From Anolis carolinensis (Eukaryota), in the NCBI RefSeq assembly GCF_035594765.1, contig NC_085842.1:160407036-160471035 (forward strand): DNA of 64,000 nucleotides. The letters run 5' to 3'. The notes beneath the pieces are model-generated. The model made no database searches. It saw only the letters and a list, made by a program, of their open reading frames with translations, and was not told the origin of the DNA. Both the position numbers and the translations under genes were made by a program. Of the stretch, positions 61,291-64,000 are shown in pieces (within the stretch, counting starts at the first letter, position 1; every line of letters begins with the position of its first letter).

Positions 61291-62069
61291 GACACATTTT
61301 AGATCTGGTTATGACTAGATAATTATTTTAAAACATTATGTTTGTCTCAAATTGTGGGGCTTGTTTTAAAAATATATACTTTTAACCTGTGAAATAGTTG
61401 AATCTTTGGATGCAGTATCTGTGGATATGGAGGGCTGACTGGAATTCATAATTTCAGGGTACTGTAATTTGTCTTATTACTTTATGGTCACTTGGAGTGT
61501 ATTTCTTTATAAATCCTTTCTGGTATCCTCTTGAAACATAAAAATAGCTACAGGGTTGTCCTTTACCTCCTTGCCATAGTTAGAAGGTCAGTGAACAATA
61601 CTCCCATTCTCTGTTTAAATTCTGTTTAATTCTTGCCGGAGTTGTTCTTGGGATCACATGAGTTTCATACAATTGAGAATCTTTTTGAAGACAAACAAAA
61701 TATCTCATTTGCAATGGGAACTGAATGGCAAAACCATGTAAGAAATCAATTAATGTGTGTTTGTCAACTGTAAAATACGATGCATGAAGCTGATTGGCTG
61801 GGCCATGCCCGGGGAGTTGGATGATCCTGGGACTTTTGGATACTGTTACATTTTTCAGGTTTGAGCTACGCAGGTGCTGAGAGAGATGAGAGAAGCAGAG
61901 ACAGATTTTGAAGTCTGCTCTTGCTTCATGAGCTGCTGGAGGGAGATTCTCCACATGGACAGAGAAAGACAATTTTAAATTGCTCATAAAAAGACATTAT
62001 TATGTAAGTCGATGCCACTGATCACATGATTGTAAATATGTTGTTCTGAACCACTTTAATGGCCATGGC

Positions 62070-62363
62070 ATAGAGCCCCTGGTGGCCAGGGAATTAAACT
62101 CTTGTGCTGGCCTGGCAGGATTGACGACTTGAAGGTTGGGTTGCTGACCTGAAGGTTGCCGGTTCTAATCCAACCCTGGGAGAGCGTGGATGAGCTCCCT
62201 CTATCAGCTCCAGTTCCTCGAGGAGACATGGGAGAAGCCTCCCACAAGGATGGTAAAAACATCAAAACATCCGGGCGTCCCATGGACAACATACTTGCAG
62301 ACACCCAATTCTTTCACACCAGAAGTGACTTGCAGTTTCTCAAGTTACTCCTGACACGAAAAA
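62070..62363 (+). mobile_element. Full-length Vingi-tailed tRNA SINE
   Basis: 12-bp TSD AATGGCCATGGC (62058-62069, 62364-62375). Confidence 0.85.
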
Positions 62364-63170
62364 AATGGCCATGGCTCAATGCATGGAATCATGGGACATG
62401 TAGTTTGGTGAGGCACCAGCACTTTTTGGCAGCGAAGGCTAAAGAGCCTACAAAATTATATCTCCCATTATTTCGTAGCATTGAGCCTTGGCTGTTAAAA
62501 TGGTGCCAAACTGTATTCATTCTACAGTGTAGATGTGCCCTGTGTTGATATTGTCATGACTCATGACATCAACTTTTTCTACAGGTGACAGGCATTTTTC
62601 CCCAGTGCATGATGCACCATTTAAAAATATGATGGGCTCACTTTCACCTCAAACTTTGACCAGTTTTATAACAGTTTAATTGAATTGCACTTTTGAAAGG
62701 AATTGTATGAATTCTACTTTAGAGAATTTTTAAATGTGAACTTAAAAAAAACCCAAACAATAACCTTGCTTTCTTTTGCCTGAACACTAGATTCCCAGAT
62801 AAGGAAGCAGATGTGAAAGCACTTTAAGTGCCCACACTGCAGATATGCCAGACATATAAAACACCCCTTCTATTTTTTTAAAAAATGACACCCACAAAGC
62901 ACAGATGTTGGACTATGGGTGGTGCATAGTCCTGATTTTAATCCACATTCTGTCAGGCAGGTGTCTTTTATTCCTGCTCTCATGTGGACACTTTCATTTC
63001 AAACAAGGTACTGTTACTTTAAGAGATGACTGCCAGAGAAACCCGGATATATTGTGACTATTTAGGGAGGAAGCAAAGCAGGGAGCATCAGGAAGCAAAT
63101 GCTCAAGAGAGAGAGAGTCACAGAGCTCCATCTGCTTTGCAAAGAAGCTGATTGAAATAGATTTCCTAGC

Positions 63171-63668
63171 ATGGCGGTGCTGATCTTTCTCTGCCAAAGA
63201 TGCATCCAGCTCCTTGCACTTCCCATCTTTGTGCTGTCCTTCCTTGGTTTGTGGGATCCTATGTGCAAAAAGGTTTTCCCGTATGTCATGAACAAATTGG
63301 CCAGATCGTACAATGTGAAGCTTCACAAGGAGAAGCAGCAACTGTTCAGTAATTTGAAGGACTTTGCGGGTTCATCAGGCCAACTCTCTCTGCTAGAAAT
63401 TGGCTCCGGCACCGGGGCCAACTTTCAGTTCTACCCATCTGGCTGCCGAGTGACTTGCACAGACCCCAACCCCAACTTCAAGGATTTCCTGGCAAAGAGC
63501 ATGGCTGAGAACCAGCACCTCCAGTTTGAGAACTTTGTGGTGGCCCCAGCGGAGGACCTGCGGCTTGTGTCAGATGGGTCTGTGGATGTCGTGGTTTGCA
63601 CGCTGGTGCTCTGCTCTGTGAGCAATGTCACAACTGTCCTGAAGGAAGTCCTGCGGATACTCAAACCT
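63171..63668 (+). CDS. METTL7A: METTL7A/TMT1A-like copy 2, exon 1 (exon 2 beyond the window)
   Basis: AGCATGG Kozak context; EIGSGTGANF; VDVVVCTLVLCSV; RILKP|GTAAGT; 166 codons. Confidence 0.92.
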
Positions 63669-64000
63669 GTAAGTATGAGGGAATGATACGGGAAGGCATT
63701 TGTAATAGGACTAGGTTCACCAAGCCTAGGAACCTTTGGCCTTCCAGATAGTTTCGGAGGAGACAACTCCCTCTGGCAGGCCAAAGATTTCCTGCTTCTG
63801 CAGTGTGTGAAGGATTTATGCAATAAGGCACACTACGGGTTTATCTACATTGCAGAATGAATGCAGTTTGATACCACTTTAATTGTCTGTCATGGCTCAA
63901 TGCTATGAAATAATTAGAGCTGCTGTTTTAGAAGTTCTTTAGCTTTCGCTACCATATTGTGCTGGTGCTTCATCAGACTATAACTTCTATGCTTCCATAG

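Overview
This is vertebrate genomic DNA, almost certainly a squamate and most consistent with an Anolis lizard, judged from the repeat complement (Sauria SINEs, Vingi, RTE-BovB, CR1, L2, L1, Penelope, Helitrons, hAT and mariner MITEs). No prokaryotic features or CRISPR arrays are present. The minus strand carries three tandem TMPRSS12-like trypsin-family serine protease paralogs. Copies B (30081-22987) and C (47646-35532) are complete 5-exon genes; copy A (16004-8512) shows only exons 1-3 in the window. Two METTL7A/TMT1A-like thiol methyltransferase paralogs sit head-to-head: one complete 2-exon gene on minus (58091-50985) and exon 1 of a second on plus (63171-63668). The left end is a BEL/Pao LTR retrotransposon whose single ORF is fully open and encodes Gag, protease and integrase but has lost reverse transcriptase and RNase H in frame. 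Its 3' LTR is intact and it sits inside an RTE-BovB fragment. Other notable items are Penelope-borne minimal hammerhead ribozymes (one intact and sense in a TMPRSS12 intron), a 5S-rRNA-derived Pol III cassette in the copy B promoter, a GC-AG intron in copy C, multi-layer nested Helitron/hAT composites, and minisatellites born from TE ends. Exon boundaries were read by hand from splice sites and phase. Repeat family names are recognised from motifs, not from a database search.
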